This document shows positions 63,148-64,000 of a stretch of 64,000 bases of DNA, one piece after another; the stretch's first letter is position 1; the number at the start of each line of letters is the position of its first letter. The notes under the pieces were generated by a model. The model saw nothing but the letters and a program-made list of their open reading frames with translations, ran no database searches and had not been told where the DNA came from. The position numbers and the translations under genes are program-made. Source of the stretch: Octopus sinensis (lineage: Eukaryota). The DNA lies in the NCBI RefSeq assembly GCF_006345805.1, contig NC_043018.1, positions 25,048,001 through 25,112,000 of the forward strand, read 5' to 3'.

Positions 63148-63717
63148 TTAACCGACTTTGTCCCTTAGAGGACATGCAAAATTAGAAATCTGTTTCTTGA
63201 GAAAGCAATAAGGGTTGGGCATCAGCATCTGGCTATAAAAACAGTATTTCAATAATGTATTCATCTAACTCATGCTAGCATGGAAAAACAGACATAAAGC
63301 CAAAACACACACACACAATAATGTTTTTGATGTCATGTAAATGTGTGAATATATATAAGTGGATAACACTAGGGATGGTGTAGAGGCTGTTTATACATAA
63401 GTCTCAAGTGAGTGAAGGTGTATATAGGAAATGATAAAAAATATAATTATGATATTATCTTTGGGCTCTTTAAAGGAATATTTTTGTAAGTAATTTTCTC
63501 AAGCCTTTCAAACTTTCAAGAGGGCTCCAATACACCCCCACCCAACCACTCAGCATTCCCATATCTTACCCCAGCGCCTACTCTCCTTAAAACCTTATCT
63601 GCTTTGTGGAGGCCATTAGGATTATAACATCGTGGTGGCGGTAGTGGAGAGGGGCTTTTGTGTTCAGTGTATATATGTATAATATGTAAATTGTGTGTGT
63701 GTGTGTGTGTGTGTGTA

Positions 63718-63947
63718 AGATGGTGGGCTGACAGAATCGTTAGCACATGGGGGGAGGGGCAGAATGCTTAGTGGCATTTCATCCTCCTTTAATTCTTTAA
63801 CATTCTGAGTTCAAATCCCACCGCGGTTGACTTTGCTTTTCACCCTTTCAGGGGCCAATGAATTAAGTACCAGCTGAGCACTGGGGTCAATGTAATTGAC
63901 TTGCCCTCCTCTCCCTTGAATTTGCTGGCCTTGTGCCATAATCTGAA

Positions 63948-63950
<3 letters not shown>
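63718..63950 (+). mobile_element. SINE subfamily B2, diverged
   Basis: Head, central block and GCCTTGTGCC tail. Confidence 0.75.
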
Positions 63951-63990
<40 letters not shown>

Positions 63991-64000
63991 GGTGCAGGCC

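Overview
AT-rich, microsatellite-dense animal genomic DNA, very probably Octopus (inferred from recalled octopus SINE families; not database-checked). I could not identify any host protein-coding exon. Almost all ORFs in the track are translations of microsatellites or SINEs. The only real coding sequence is a near-full-length but frameshifted CR1-clade LINE (about 1510-6178), whose ORF1 carries an in-frame 291-bp (97-aa) tandem duplication. The rest is a dense mobilome: several tRNA-derived SINE families (some forming head-to-tail multimers), at least ten non-autonomous DNA transposons or foldback elements with different TIR/TSD signatures, a tRNA-Ala pseudogene, tandem duplications up to 1.64 kb, and a 100-N scaffold gap at 30142-30241. 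The most unusual signal is a set of short elements embedded in (TA)n tracts. Several carry minimal hammerhead-ribozyme-like cores and several have long terminal palindromes, consistent with Penelope-like or retrozyme-like terminal repeats. A second is a recurring fixed head-to-tail junction in one SINE family. Family names are my inference from structure; A, B, B2, C and D are my own labels.
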